Shown piece after piece: positions 56,583-64,000 of a DNA stretch of 64,000 nucleotides. The notes under the pieces were generated by a model. The model searched no databases. It was not told the DNA's origin and saw only the letters and a program-made list of their open reading frames with translations. A program made the position numbers and the translations under genes. Each line of letters begins with the position of its first letter. The first letter of the stretch is position 1. Origin of the DNA: Candidatus Kerfeldbacteria bacterium (GTDB lineage Bacteria; Patescibacteriota; Patescibacteriia; UBA10025; JAHIVO01); NCBI GenBank assembly GCA_016214565.1, contig JACROE010000002.1:728007-792006 (forward strand), given 5' to 3'.

Positions 56583-58775
56583 ATGCAACGCAATTATTTC
56601 GTCATTTCAATTGTCTTGCTGATTGTTATCGGCGTTATACTTGGGGGTGTCTATTGGTATACACAAAATAACGGATTTATTGATCCAGCATTACTGTCAT
56701 TTGGTGAGTCCAATAAACCAGTTGCCGCTACGCTCGCATATCAGCAGGGGACCGTCTTGGTGCGTGTAGACGGCGCAGATTGGGCGACCGTTGAGACGGA
56801 CACCATTTTGCATGCTGGAGATCAGGTATCAACTGGCATCGACAGCAAGGCGATCATAGAATTTGAGAATGGCGACGTCATGCGTTTAGGATATACCACG
56901 GAAGTGGTGCTGACGGAATTGGGTACCAATCGGATGATTATTACCCAGCAGAACGGCGCAACCTATCATCGGGTGGCCAAGAATCCTAATCGTACGTATT
57001 CGGTGAGCAGCGATGATATGCTGGTGAGCGCATTAGGCACCGCTTTTGATGTGATTGATAGTGGTGATACAAAAACAGTCGGCGTCATTGAAAGTTCCGT
57101 GGTCGTCGATACTGATTTAGATAACGAGCAGGTACCCGAAGGGTCAAAAGCGTTAATAACCGAGACGAGCGACGATATTAGTGTGGCGGAAATTGATGCG
57201 GATTCATTACAAAGCGATTGGTATACGTGGAATAAGGAAGAGGATTCAAAGAAGACGGATGACCTCGGTGCATTTGAGCCGTATGCCGGGCCTACTCTGA
57301 CCATTACCGAGCCGACGACCCCATTGGTGACCAGCACCACCTCGGTTCAGGTAGTTGGCACTGTCTCAAGCGACGCCACCGGTGTCACCATTAATGGTAC
57401 GGCAGTTGCACTGGCTGAATTATCATTTGCTCATACAGTGTCGCTGATGGCCGGCAAAAATGTTATCGAGGTCATTGCTACTGATGCGGCGGGTGATCGT
57501 ACCGTCAAGGAGCTACTCGTAACCGTTCCCAGCGAGACGCAGGCCACTCCATTGATCTTAACTGGTGAAACAACTACCACGGGCGTATCTTTGAAATGGA
57601 ACCGATCCACCAGCAGTAGTTTCAGCCAGTACAAAGTGGTTCGGTCTACAACCGAGGCTGAGCCGGTCTATCCGGGCGCGGACGTTATCGCTGCGCTTCG
57701 TTCGGGAGAGGAACGTTTTACTGATACCTCCGGTTCAGCAGAAACAAGTTACTATTACCGAGTTTGTGAGCTCATGTCAGACGATGCAATTTTTTGCTCA
57801 AATGTGATATTTATGCGCGGGAAAGCTGCGGCGGCTGAGGAGGAAGAGGCTGACGAAGAGCGGGTTGGTATATTTTTATCAGGTACGGCTGGAAGTACGG
57901 GTATTACATTGAAATGGATTGTAGAAAATATCACCGTGACGAATGGATTTAAAGTTATTCGCAGTGATAAAGAAAATCCAAGTTATCCAGGAGACACCGC
58001 TGAGCGGGTGAGTGACTCGGCCGTCCGAAGTTATACCTGGACTCTCACTGACGGCAAGACCTATCATTTCCGGGTGTGCCAATATACTGAAAATGGCTGC
58101 ACGGTCTACAGCAACGACGTTGCGGTGACTGCCACTGCACCAACTACCAGTGACTCTGTCAGCATAACCATGTCTGCTAAAGCTCAGGAAAATGGCGTGG
58201 GCCTTTGGTGGACCGACGCGTCAGACATTACCGGATTTAAATACTACAAGGTAGTCCGTTCAGAAACCGACGCAGATCTTCGCTATCCTGATGACGGGTA
58301 TATTGCTGCAAAATCTGATGATGAGCTGAGCCACCTCGACTACAGCGCGAAAAAGGGTAAGGCGTATTACTATCGCATCTGCGCGGTGGGTAATGAGATA
58401 TACTGTAGTAATGTGGTGCGCGTTACCGCTATCCATATCAATGCCGCTCCCGTGGCTGTCTCATTGACTGCAGTTGTCGATGGCGGTGCGGTCGTTCTCT
58501 CATGGACGCAGTCAAATGAAGCAGACTTTTCGGCGTATAAAATTGTTTGGTCCCAGACCGACAGCACTCCAACTTACCCTGATTCAAGCTATTTGAAGGC
58601 AATTTCTGATAAAAGTGAACGAAGTTATTCTGACACGGGCGCCGTGGTCGGACAGCGGTCGGCGGCGGTGACTATAACCAGCGGTACACATTACTACAGT
58701 GTTTGTGTGCTGGATTCACAAGGGCAAGTAGCGTGCAGTAATACGGTGACGGTCATTGCGGGAGTGGTGCAGTAA
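56583..58775 (+). CDS. Signal-anchored protein with FecR-like N-terminal region and five fibronectin-III-like repeats
   Basis: TM helix IVLLIVIGVILGGVYW. Repeated ~100-aa modules each end in YYYRVC / YHFRVC / YYYRICAV / HYYSVCV. Confidence 0.6.
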   Translation: MQRNYFVISIVLLIVIGVILGGVYWYTQNNGFIDPALLSFGESNKPVAATLAYQQGTVLVRVDGADWATVETDTILHAGDQVSTGIDSKAIIEFENGDVMRLGYTTEVVLTELGTNRMIITQQNGATYHRVAKNPNRTYSVSSDDMLVSALGTAFDVIDSGDTKTVGVIESSVVVDTDLDNEQVPEGSKALITETSDDISVAEIDADSLQSDWYTWNKEEDSKKTDDLGAFEPYAGPTLTITEPTTPLVTSTTSVQVVGTVSSDATGVTINGTAVALAELSFAHTVSLMAGKNVIEVIATDAAGDRTVKELLVTVPSETQATPLILTGETTTTGVSLKWNRSTSSSFSQYKVVRSTTEAEPVYPGADVIAALRSGEERFTDTSGSAETSYYYRVCELMSDDAIFCSNVIFMRGKAAAAEEEEADEERVGIFLSGTAGSTGITLKWIVENITVTNGFKVIRSDKENPSYPGDTAERVSDSAVRSYTWTLTDGKTYHFRVCQYTENGCTVYSNDVAVTATAPTTSDSVSITMSAKAQENGVGLWWTDASDITGFKYYKVVRSETDADLRYPDDGYIAAKSDDELSHLDYSAKKGKAYYYRICAVGNEIYCSNVVRVTAIHINAAPVAVSLTAVVDGGAVVLSWTQSNEADFSAYKIVWSQTDSTPTYPDSSYLKAISDKSERSYSDTGAVVGQRSAAVTITSGTHYYSVCVLDSQGQVACSNTVTVIAGVVQ

Positions 58776-58790
58776 AATTGCAAAAACGAA

Positions 58791-58821
58791 ACAGGCCGTC
58801 TTTTAGACGGTCTGTTTTTGT
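58791..58821. terminator. Bidirectional hairpin terminator (serves the + strand gene and the - strand tRNA/rplT operon)
   Basis: ACAGGCCGTC-ttttag-ACGGTCTGT with TTTTT on the + side and TTCGTTTTTG on the - side. Confidence 0.6.
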
Positions 58822-58844
58822 TCATGCATAATCAATCCCCAAAG

Positions 58845-58919
58845 CGGGCCCAAGGGGATTTGAACCCCTGGTCTCCTCCGTGACAGGGAGGCGTGTTAAC
58901 CGGGCTACACCATGGGCCC
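58845..58919 (-). tRNA. tRNA-Asp (anticodon GTC), no encoded CCA
   Basis: The reverse complement folds as a canonical cloverleaf: GGGCCCA TG GTGT AGCCCGGTTA ACAC G CCTCC CTGTCAC GGAGG AGACC AGGGG TTCAAAT CCCCT TGGGCCC G. The anticodon loop CTGTCAC carries GTC. Confidence 0.85.
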
Positions 58920-58941
58920 ACTTTGGGGACAGTCGGCAGGA

Positions 58942-59286
58942 TTATTTGGAGATTTCTTTAACCAGCGCAGCAAATGAATCTGGATGGTGTTCAGCAAGAT
59001 ACGATAATGATTTTCGGTCTAGCTGGACATTAGCTTTCTTCAGCAGATTGATCAGACGGCTGTAGGAAACATTGTGTTCTCGTGAGCCAGCATTAATTTT
59101 TGTCGTCCATAGATTTCGGGCGGTTCGTTTCTTGACGCGGCGATCGCGATAGGCGTGGGCGCCAGCTTTTTTGACAGCGGTTTTCGCACGGCGAATAAGA
59201 CTTTTGCGACCCCAACGAAAACCCTTCGTGCGTGCAAGTAATCGTTTTCGGCGATGAACATGACTAGTACCTCGTTTGACGCGCAT
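58942..59286 (-). CDS. rplT: 50S ribosomal protein L20
   Basis: MRVKRGTSHVHRRKRLLARTKGFRWGRK... matches the L20 signature. Confidence 0.9.
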   Translation of the reverse strand: MRVKRGTSHVHRRKRLLARTKGFRWGRKSLIRRAKTAVKKAGAHAYRDRRVKKRTARNLWTTKINAGSREHNVSYSRLINLLKKANVQLDRKSLSYLAEHHPDSFAALVKEISK

Positions 59287-59289
59287 AGG

Positions 59290-59490
59290 TTATCGATACG
59301 GAGTTAATTGCTTAATCGATTTTATCGCTTCAGTGGCGGCCACTGATTGGTCGCGACGTTTGCGGCGGGTGACCACTCCTGATTCGCGGGAATTGAAGTG
59401 ATCCTGGCCTGCCGTACGTCGAATCAGGCGGCCTGAGCCGGTCTGTTTGATGCGTTTGGCAGTTGCTTTGTGGGTCTTGAGTTTTGGCAT
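59290..59490 (-). CDS. rpmI: 50S ribosomal protein L35
   Basis: MPKLKTHKATAKRIKQTGSGRL... . 66 aa. Confidence 0.9.
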   Translation of the reverse strand: MPKLKTHKATAKRIKQTGSGRLIRRTAGQDHFNSRESGVVTRRKRRDQSVAATEAIKSIKQLTPYR

Positions 59491-59581
59491 GGTAGTAGCT
59501 GAATTAGGTAGGTTATAGCTTAATAAGGATACTCAAAAAAGTCAACGGTTGGTAGGAAGGGGGAGTAGCCGTGATTATCGG

Positions 59582-60139
59582 CTATTTTTTCAATCCAATA
59601 ATCATGAATAAGCGATTGCCCTGGCGGGAGACATTTTTTTCTACCGCTGCGCCGGGCAGTCCCTGGGCGAGATCGTCCACAAACTTTTTCATGATTTCCT
59701 GAGCGCGATCCGCATAGGCGCGTTCACGGCCGCGCAGAATCATTTCTACTTTTGCCTTGTCGCCTTTTTCGAGGAATTTGGCGGTCTGGCGGCGACGATT
59801 CTCTAAGTCGTGCGGTCCGATTTTTAGAGTGAGGCGAATGCCCTTGATTTCAACTTTTTTCTGCTTGGCTTTCTGTTTGCGTTCTTTCTTGTCGAGATTA
59901 AATAAGAACGCGCCATAGTTTGCGATGCGGCAGACGGGGGGCTGAGCCATGGGTGAGACTTCGATGAGATCGAGACCCCGTTCGATAGCAGTCGCGAGCG
60001 CTTGACTCGTTGACATGACGCCGAGCTGCTGGCCCTGTTCGTCAATGATTCTCACTTCAGGAACTTGGATCTGATGGTTGACCCGGTTGCGGCGGACAAA
60101 CTTTGGTTTATGTACGTGGCGGATAGGAGTGGCAGTCAA
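59582..60139 (-). CDS. infC: Translation initiation factor IF-3
   Basis: EVRIIDEQGQQLGVMSTSQALATAIERGLDLIEVSPMAQPPVCRIANYG... . This is the canonical infC-rpmI-rplT operon order. Confidence 0.9.
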   Translation of the reverse strand: MTATPIRHVHKPKFVRRNRVNHQIQVPEVRIIDEQGQQLGVMSTSQALATAIERGLDLIEVSPMAQPPVCRIANYGAFLFNLDKKERKQKAKQKKVEIKGIRLTLKIGPHDLENRRRQTAKFLEKGDKAKVEMILRGRERAYADRAQEIMKKFVDDLAQGLPGAAVEKNVSRQGNRLFMIIGLKK

Positions 60140-60151
60140 TGATTAAATAGA

Positions 60152-60552
60152 TGGTGGAAGCGAGGGGTATTGCACCCCTGTCCATGATGTTCGCGGTATT
60201 CATTTCTACAAGTGTAGTTCGTTTGGATTTGGCAACCGCCTGGTAAAAGCGAACAAAAGTCCGGGCGGCTGTTCGTCACACCAATTGTCGAGAATACGCG
60301 GTGACGGCGCGCATTCCGTATCCCGAAAATGTCACTACGCTATACTATCGGGCGTTGTATAGGTAATGGCGGTTGGATGTATTATGCAACCGCGAGTGCC
60401 GGCATACGGAACGCCGAAGCGATCGTAGCCTTCACTTTTGAAACAAATGAATTGGCATTTGTATAGTGTTATCAGTTTGATTTACATCTCACGATAACAA
60501 GAGATGACTTGCCATGAATATCAACGTGCACCTGTCGATTTTTTCTGCTCCC
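60152..60552 (-). ncRNA. ssrA: tmRNA (ssrA), about 401 nt, adjacent to smpB
   Basis: The minus-strand RNA starts GGGAGCAGAAAAAATCGACAGG (compare E. coli GGGGCUGAUUCUGGAUUCGACGGG). It ends GGACAGGGGTGCAATACCCCTCGCTTCCACCA (compare GGACGCGGGUUCAACUCCCGCCAGCUCCACCA). The acceptor has a G3-U70 pair, the Ala identity element. A candidate tag ORF reads ...GCT ACG ATC GCT TCG GCG TTC CGT ATG CCG GCA CTC GCG GTT GCA TAA (ends ALAVA*). Confidence 0.6.
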
Positions 60553-60656
60553 AGGAGATAATGAGGGGACAACTACAGTTTTCCCCTCATGACTCTTGTT
60601 GAAAACCCTCCGCCTCAGGCGGATGGTTTTCGATACTTTTCACAAGCAGAGTGCGG

Positions 60657-61103
60657 TTATGCTTTCTGGCGCAGTGCCCGCTGGATGTCCCGATCGGTTT
60701 CACGCTTTTTGATAGCAGCGCGCTTGTCGAATTGCTTCTTACCTCGACACAATCCTAGTTTGACCTTGATGAAGCCGCCCTTAGTATAAACAGAAAGTGG
60801 CACTATTGTCAACCCTTGGGAGTGCTCTTTACCGATCAAAGAATCAATTTCTTTCCGGCGCATGATGAGGCTGCGCTCCCGAATTGGATCGAGCACATGG
60901 TTCTGACTGCGGGGGTATTTACTAATATGGGTATTCAATAATCGAAGCTGGCCGTTATGCGTAGAAACATATCCACCCTGCAGGCTCATATGCCCCAGTT
61001 TGGCAGACTTAACTTCCGGACCGGCTAATACAATACCCGCCTCGTATTCCTCAAGTACGTGGTAATCATGATAGGCCCGTTTGTTGGTGGCTAGGGTAGG
61101 CAT
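60657..61103 (-). CDS. smpB: SsrA-binding protein SmpB
   Basis: NKRAYHDYHVLEEYEAGIVLAGPEVKS... is the canonical SmpB N-terminus. 148 aa. Confidence 0.9.
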   Translation of the reverse strand: MPTLATNKRAYHDYHVLEEYEAGIVLAGPEVKSAKLGHMSLQGGYVSTHNGQLRLLNTHISKYPRSQNHVLDPIRERSLIMRRKEIDSLIGKEHSQGLTIVPLSVYTKGGFIKVKLGLCRGKKQFDKRAAIKKRETDRDIQRALRQKA

Positions 61104-61198
61104 AGGTCTGTAGTATAGTCGATATTGGCTGGTAAATAAATCTCGCCCGGCGTTATATCACGTCGGACGAGGTGCGAAAGCTCCGCTACGCCAGGAGG

Positions 61199-61768
61199 CT
61201 ATTTTCGCGGAACGAAAGTTAGTCGCGCCACAGACTCAGTGTACTGATAGAGATTTTGGATATCTCGATAGAGTGCGCCATTGAGAATTGAGTATTCCAC
61301 AAAGAGTGGAAATCCTTCAGAAAACATATGATCCAGTATAAGCGCGGTACAGAGCGCTGCATCGATCTGAGGGAGCGCTACGTATTCAGTCGGCGATCCA
61401 TTATTCTTGAATCCAAGTTCGGCGATGAGGCAGCCGTTGCTATTACTCAGATAGATGCCATCGAGCGTAGGCCGTTGGGCGGGAATTAACATCATCATCT
61501 CATCCAGTAATGTGTCGGCGTGAATATGCCCAAGCTGGATCTGCGATAATTTTTTGATCGTCTTGGGAGGGAGCTGGATAAGGGCGCAGGCTTGCGTGTC
61601 GGCGTGAATGAGGGCGATCAGATGCTCCTGATCAATTGTTGACGCCTGGCTCGGCAAAGGATCAATGCATTGTTCGTGACTGATGACACACAAATCAACG
61701 CTTAGATACTGAAGAGTGCTATCAGACATACTGTCCTCCTGTTGGTGGGTATCGATAAGAAGGTGCAA
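61199..61768 (-). CDS. Hypothetical protein; weak resemblance to TsaB/YeaZ (inactive Kae1-like) fold
   Basis: 189 aa. YLSVDLCVISHEQ... and ...LDGIYLSNSNGCLIAELGF loosely match the YeaZ N-terminal pattern (LAIDTATE.VSVAL / DAIAVG.GPGSFTG.RIG). Not conclusive. Confidence 0.35.
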   Translation of the reverse strand: MHLLIDTHQQEDSMSDSTLQYLSVDLCVISHEQCIDPLPSQASTIDQEHLIALIHADTQACALIQLPPKTIKKLSQIQLGHIHADTLLDEMMMLIPAQRPTLDGIYLSNSNGCLIAELGFKNNGSPTEYVALPQIDAALCTALILDHMFSEGFPLFVEYSILNGALYRDIQNLYQYTESVARLTFVPRK

Positions 61769-61812
61769 AGTCCTTAATCCTAATCCTAGCTCCGCCGTTC
61801 GTCAAGCGCTGA

Positions 61813-63474
61813 TTGTGCTATACTGTACCTATGCATTTCAAGAATTATATTGCGCAAAAAATTGAGCGGGTGGTGCGACAGCGGTGGCCCGAATTAGATG
61901 ATTTGCCACGCATTGATTTGGCATATCCGCCGGAAGAGCGGTTTGGTGATTATACGACGACACTCGCGTTGCAATTAGCGCCTCGGCTAAAGATGAATCC
62001 GCTTGAAATTGCCAAGATAATTATCGCTGATTTGGGAAAAATTTCCGCAGTACGCCAAATGAGTGTGGTGGCGCCAGGGTTTATTAATTTTTTTCTTGAT
62101 TCGCGCTGGTTAGCACGTCAGGTCGGCGAGATCACGTTGCGCAAGACCGCCGCGGTAAAAATCGACGTGGGCCATGGTCAGCGCGTCGTGGTCGAATATG
62201 TCTCGGCAAATCCAACCGGTCCCGTCACCATGGCTAACGGGCGCGGCGCTTTTTCCGGTGACACGTTGTCACGTGTTTTACGCTTTACCGGGTATCGAGT
62301 GAAGCGGGAATACTATCTCAATGACGTCGGGAACCAGGTTAATATTTTAGCTGAATCAGTGCTGCGCCGGTATTGGATCAATCAGGGCATTAAAATGGAA
62401 TATCCGGATTATTGTTATCAGGGAGATTATGTGAGTGATTTGGCCCGGCGGATCAATGTGCCAAATTATACGCTCCAAAACGCGGAAAAAATTCAAGAAA
62501 TCAAGGACAAAATTAAAGGTCGTATTCTGACGAAAATGGTTGTAGACATTGAGCGGCTATTAGAAAAGAAATTAAACGTTCATTATGATACCTGGTTTTC
62601 TGAAAAATCACTCTACACCTCAGGGCTCGTTGATCGCACTCTACAACAATTGAAAGAATTGCGCCTGCTCTTTAAGTTTGAAGGAGCAATTTGGTTGAAA
62701 ATGAAAGATGCGGGGGAAAAGCAAGACCATGTCTTGATTAAGGCTGACGAACAGCCCACATATTTTTTATCAGAAATTGCGTACCTGTATGATAAGTTTA
62801 TTCGCCGAAAAATCGATCGGTATATTTGGTTAATTGGTGCTGATCATCATGGTCATGCACAACGAATAAAAACCGCGCATCGCATGCTCGGGTTGCCTGG
62901 AATTGTAGATGTAATTTTGATGCAATTTGTTCGTCTCATCCGCAACGGCGAAGAGGTGAAGATGTCTAAGCGTGCCGGCACTTTCGTCACGCTGGAGGAG
63001 CTCGTGGATGAGGTCGGCGTGGATGCGGCGCGGTATTTTTTCCTTATGCACGATTTTAATTCGCATATGGATTTTGATTTAAATTTGGCAAAAAAACAGT
63101 CGAAAGACAACCCGGTGTATTATGTTCAGTATGCCCACACGCGTATCTGTAGTATACTGAAGAAAGCGAAGTCTTTGAAAACAGATGGTACGCAGCTCCT
63201 GCCAAAAGAAACCCATCCGTCAGAAGTACGGCTGATCAAGCAGTTAATCCGGTGGCCTGAATTACTCACCGATGTTGCCGTCTCTTATCAGGTGCACCGA
63301 CTTCCGACCTATGCGACCGAACTTGCTACCGCGTTTCATGATTTTTATACTCAATGTCGGGTGATTGATGGCGCGACCGTTATCGGTCATCGACAGAAAT
63401 TAGTTCGCGCGACGCAGATCATACTCCAACACGTTTTGGCAACCATGGGCATCACCGCCCCCGAAAACATGTAA
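61813..63474 (+). CDS. argS: Arginyl-tRNA synthetase
   Basis: HIGH-class motif in ...ANPTGPVTMANGRG... and the KMSKS variant KMSKRAGTF. C-terminal DALR anticodon-binding region. The start may be ATG 61831 (MHFKNYIAQK). Confidence 0.9.
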   Translation: MCYTVPMHFKNYIAQKIERVVRQRWPELDDLPRIDLAYPPEERFGDYTTTLALQLAPRLKMNPLEIAKIIIADLGKISAVRQMSVVAPGFINFFLDSRWLARQVGEITLRKTAAVKIDVGHGQRVVVEYVSANPTGPVTMANGRGAFSGDTLSRVLRFTGYRVKREYYLNDVGNQVNILAESVLRRYWINQGIKMEYPDYCYQGDYVSDLARRINVPNYTLQNAEKIQEIKDKIKGRILTKMVVDIERLLEKKLNVHYDTWFSEKSLYTSGLVDRTLQQLKELRLLFKFEGAIWLKMKDAGEKQDHVLIKADEQPTYFLSEIAYLYDKFIRRKIDRYIWLIGADHHGHAQRIKTAHRMLGLPGIVDVILMQFVRLIRNGEEVKMSKRAGTFVTLEELVDEVGVDAARYFFLMHDFNSHMDFDLNLAKKQSKDNPVYYVQYAHTRICSILKKAKSLKTDGTQLLPKETHPSEVRLIKQLIRWPELLTDVAVSYQVHRLPTYATELATAFHDFYTQCRVIDGATVIGHRQKLVRATQIILQHVLATMGITAPENM

Positions 63475-63485
63475 TCGCATTCACT

Positions 63486-64000
63486 ATGAAGATAGGTATC
63501 GATTGCCGAACCATTCTCAATCCAAAGCTCGGCGAGCGCGCCGGGGTGGGGCACTATACGTACAATCTAGTGAAGCATCTTTTGCGTATCGACAAAACGA
63601 ATACGTACTATTTGTATTTCGATCACCGCATCATGGACACGGGTGAATTTTCTCAAGCGAACGTTCACATCAAACAATTGCCATTTTCCCAATACAATAA
63701 GTTCTTGCCGTTTGCTTACTCTCATATGCTGATCTCGGCGTATTTATTGAAGCATAATCTGGACGTGTTTCATTCTCCGATAACCTCCGTACCACTAACC
63801 TATCCGAAGAAGACGGTGGTGACCGTTCATGACCTCGCCATTTATAAAAATCCGGCGTGGTTTCCCTCCCAAATTTTTAGCACTCGCTTATTAGTCCCGC
63901 GTGCCGTGAGTACGGCTGACCATATCATCGCCGTTTCCGAGAGCACCAAGCAAGATTTGAAGGAGCTATTCAATGTCCCGAGTCGCAAAGTAACGGTAAC
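63486..64000 (+). CDS. Glycosyltransferase family 4 (group 1) protein, 3'-truncated by window edge
   Basis: MKIGIDCRTILNPKLGERAGVGHYTYNLVKHLL... is the typical GT4 N-terminal domain. The frame is open to the end of the window and is not in the ORF track because no stop lies within the window. Confidence 0.7.
   Translation, partial: MKIGIDCRTILNPKLGERAGVGHYTYNLVKHLLRIDKTNTYYLYFDHRIMDTGEFSQANVHIKQLPFSQYNKFLPFAYSHMLISAYLLKHNLDVFHSPITSVPLTYPKKTVVTVHDLAIYKNPAWFPSQIFSTRLLVPRAVSTADHIIAVSESTKQDLKELFNVPSRKVTV

Noticed and set aside
1-64000. Alternative genetic code (UGA recoding, code 25/4) given the CPR-like gene content
   Set aside because: Several well-supported genes terminate at TGA (for example comEC at 44989-44991). 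RF2, which reads UGA, is present. Conserved proteins translate full-length with TGA as stop.
1-64000. Searched for integrase/transposase/IS elements or prophage genes that would mark the R-M island as mobile
   Set aside because: None were recognised in the window. Island mobility therefore remains an inference, and the left border is outside the window.

Overview
The window is a 64-kb chromosomal fragment with about 50% GC, dense in small-genome housekeeping genes. These include hisS, lepB, rpsU, ftsA, ftsZ, nrdR, htrA, prfB, glmS, an infC-rpmI-rplT operon, smpB plus an unannotated tmRNA, and argS. Many very large secreted or surface proteins are interspersed. One is a 2713-aa protein whose N-terminus looks like the TrbC/VirB2 (T4SS-pilin-like) double-TM domain common in Patescibacteria/CPR giant proteins. 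The organism assignment is an inference only. The genetic code is standard, since UGA is used as a stop and RF2 is present. The first ~11 kb is a defense-type island. It holds a complete Type I restriction-modification operon (hsdM, 5'-truncated by the window edge, then hsdS and hsdR) with translationally coupled overlaps. An overlapping YgjP/DUF45-type HExxH metallohydrolase follows, then a 1262-aa uncharacterised protein with no recognisable catalytic motifs, then an unusual HisKA-like protein with a degenerate receiver domain. The island ends at a strange tRNA-like locus: two identical 115-bp tandem repeats, each starting with the 5' 15 nt of a tRNA-like element, followed by a 54-nt tRNA-like 3' piece that lacks an anticodon arm. 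Other notable items are listed here.
- A highly structured ~260-nt leader with mutually exclusive SD-sequestering helices lies upstream of a three-gene hypothetical cluster.
- ComEC is split, with the channel domain and the MBL domain separated by fba-glpX on the opposite strand.
- Two tandem secreted paralogs share a ~300-aa FG-GAP propeller C-terminus but carry different N-terminal enzyme modules.
- An Hsp70-like ATPase sits divergently from an Ndk-like gene, a dual-methyltransferase fusion and a Nudix gene.
- prfB lacks the usual programmed frameshift.
- No CRISPR array, transposase or integrase was seen.
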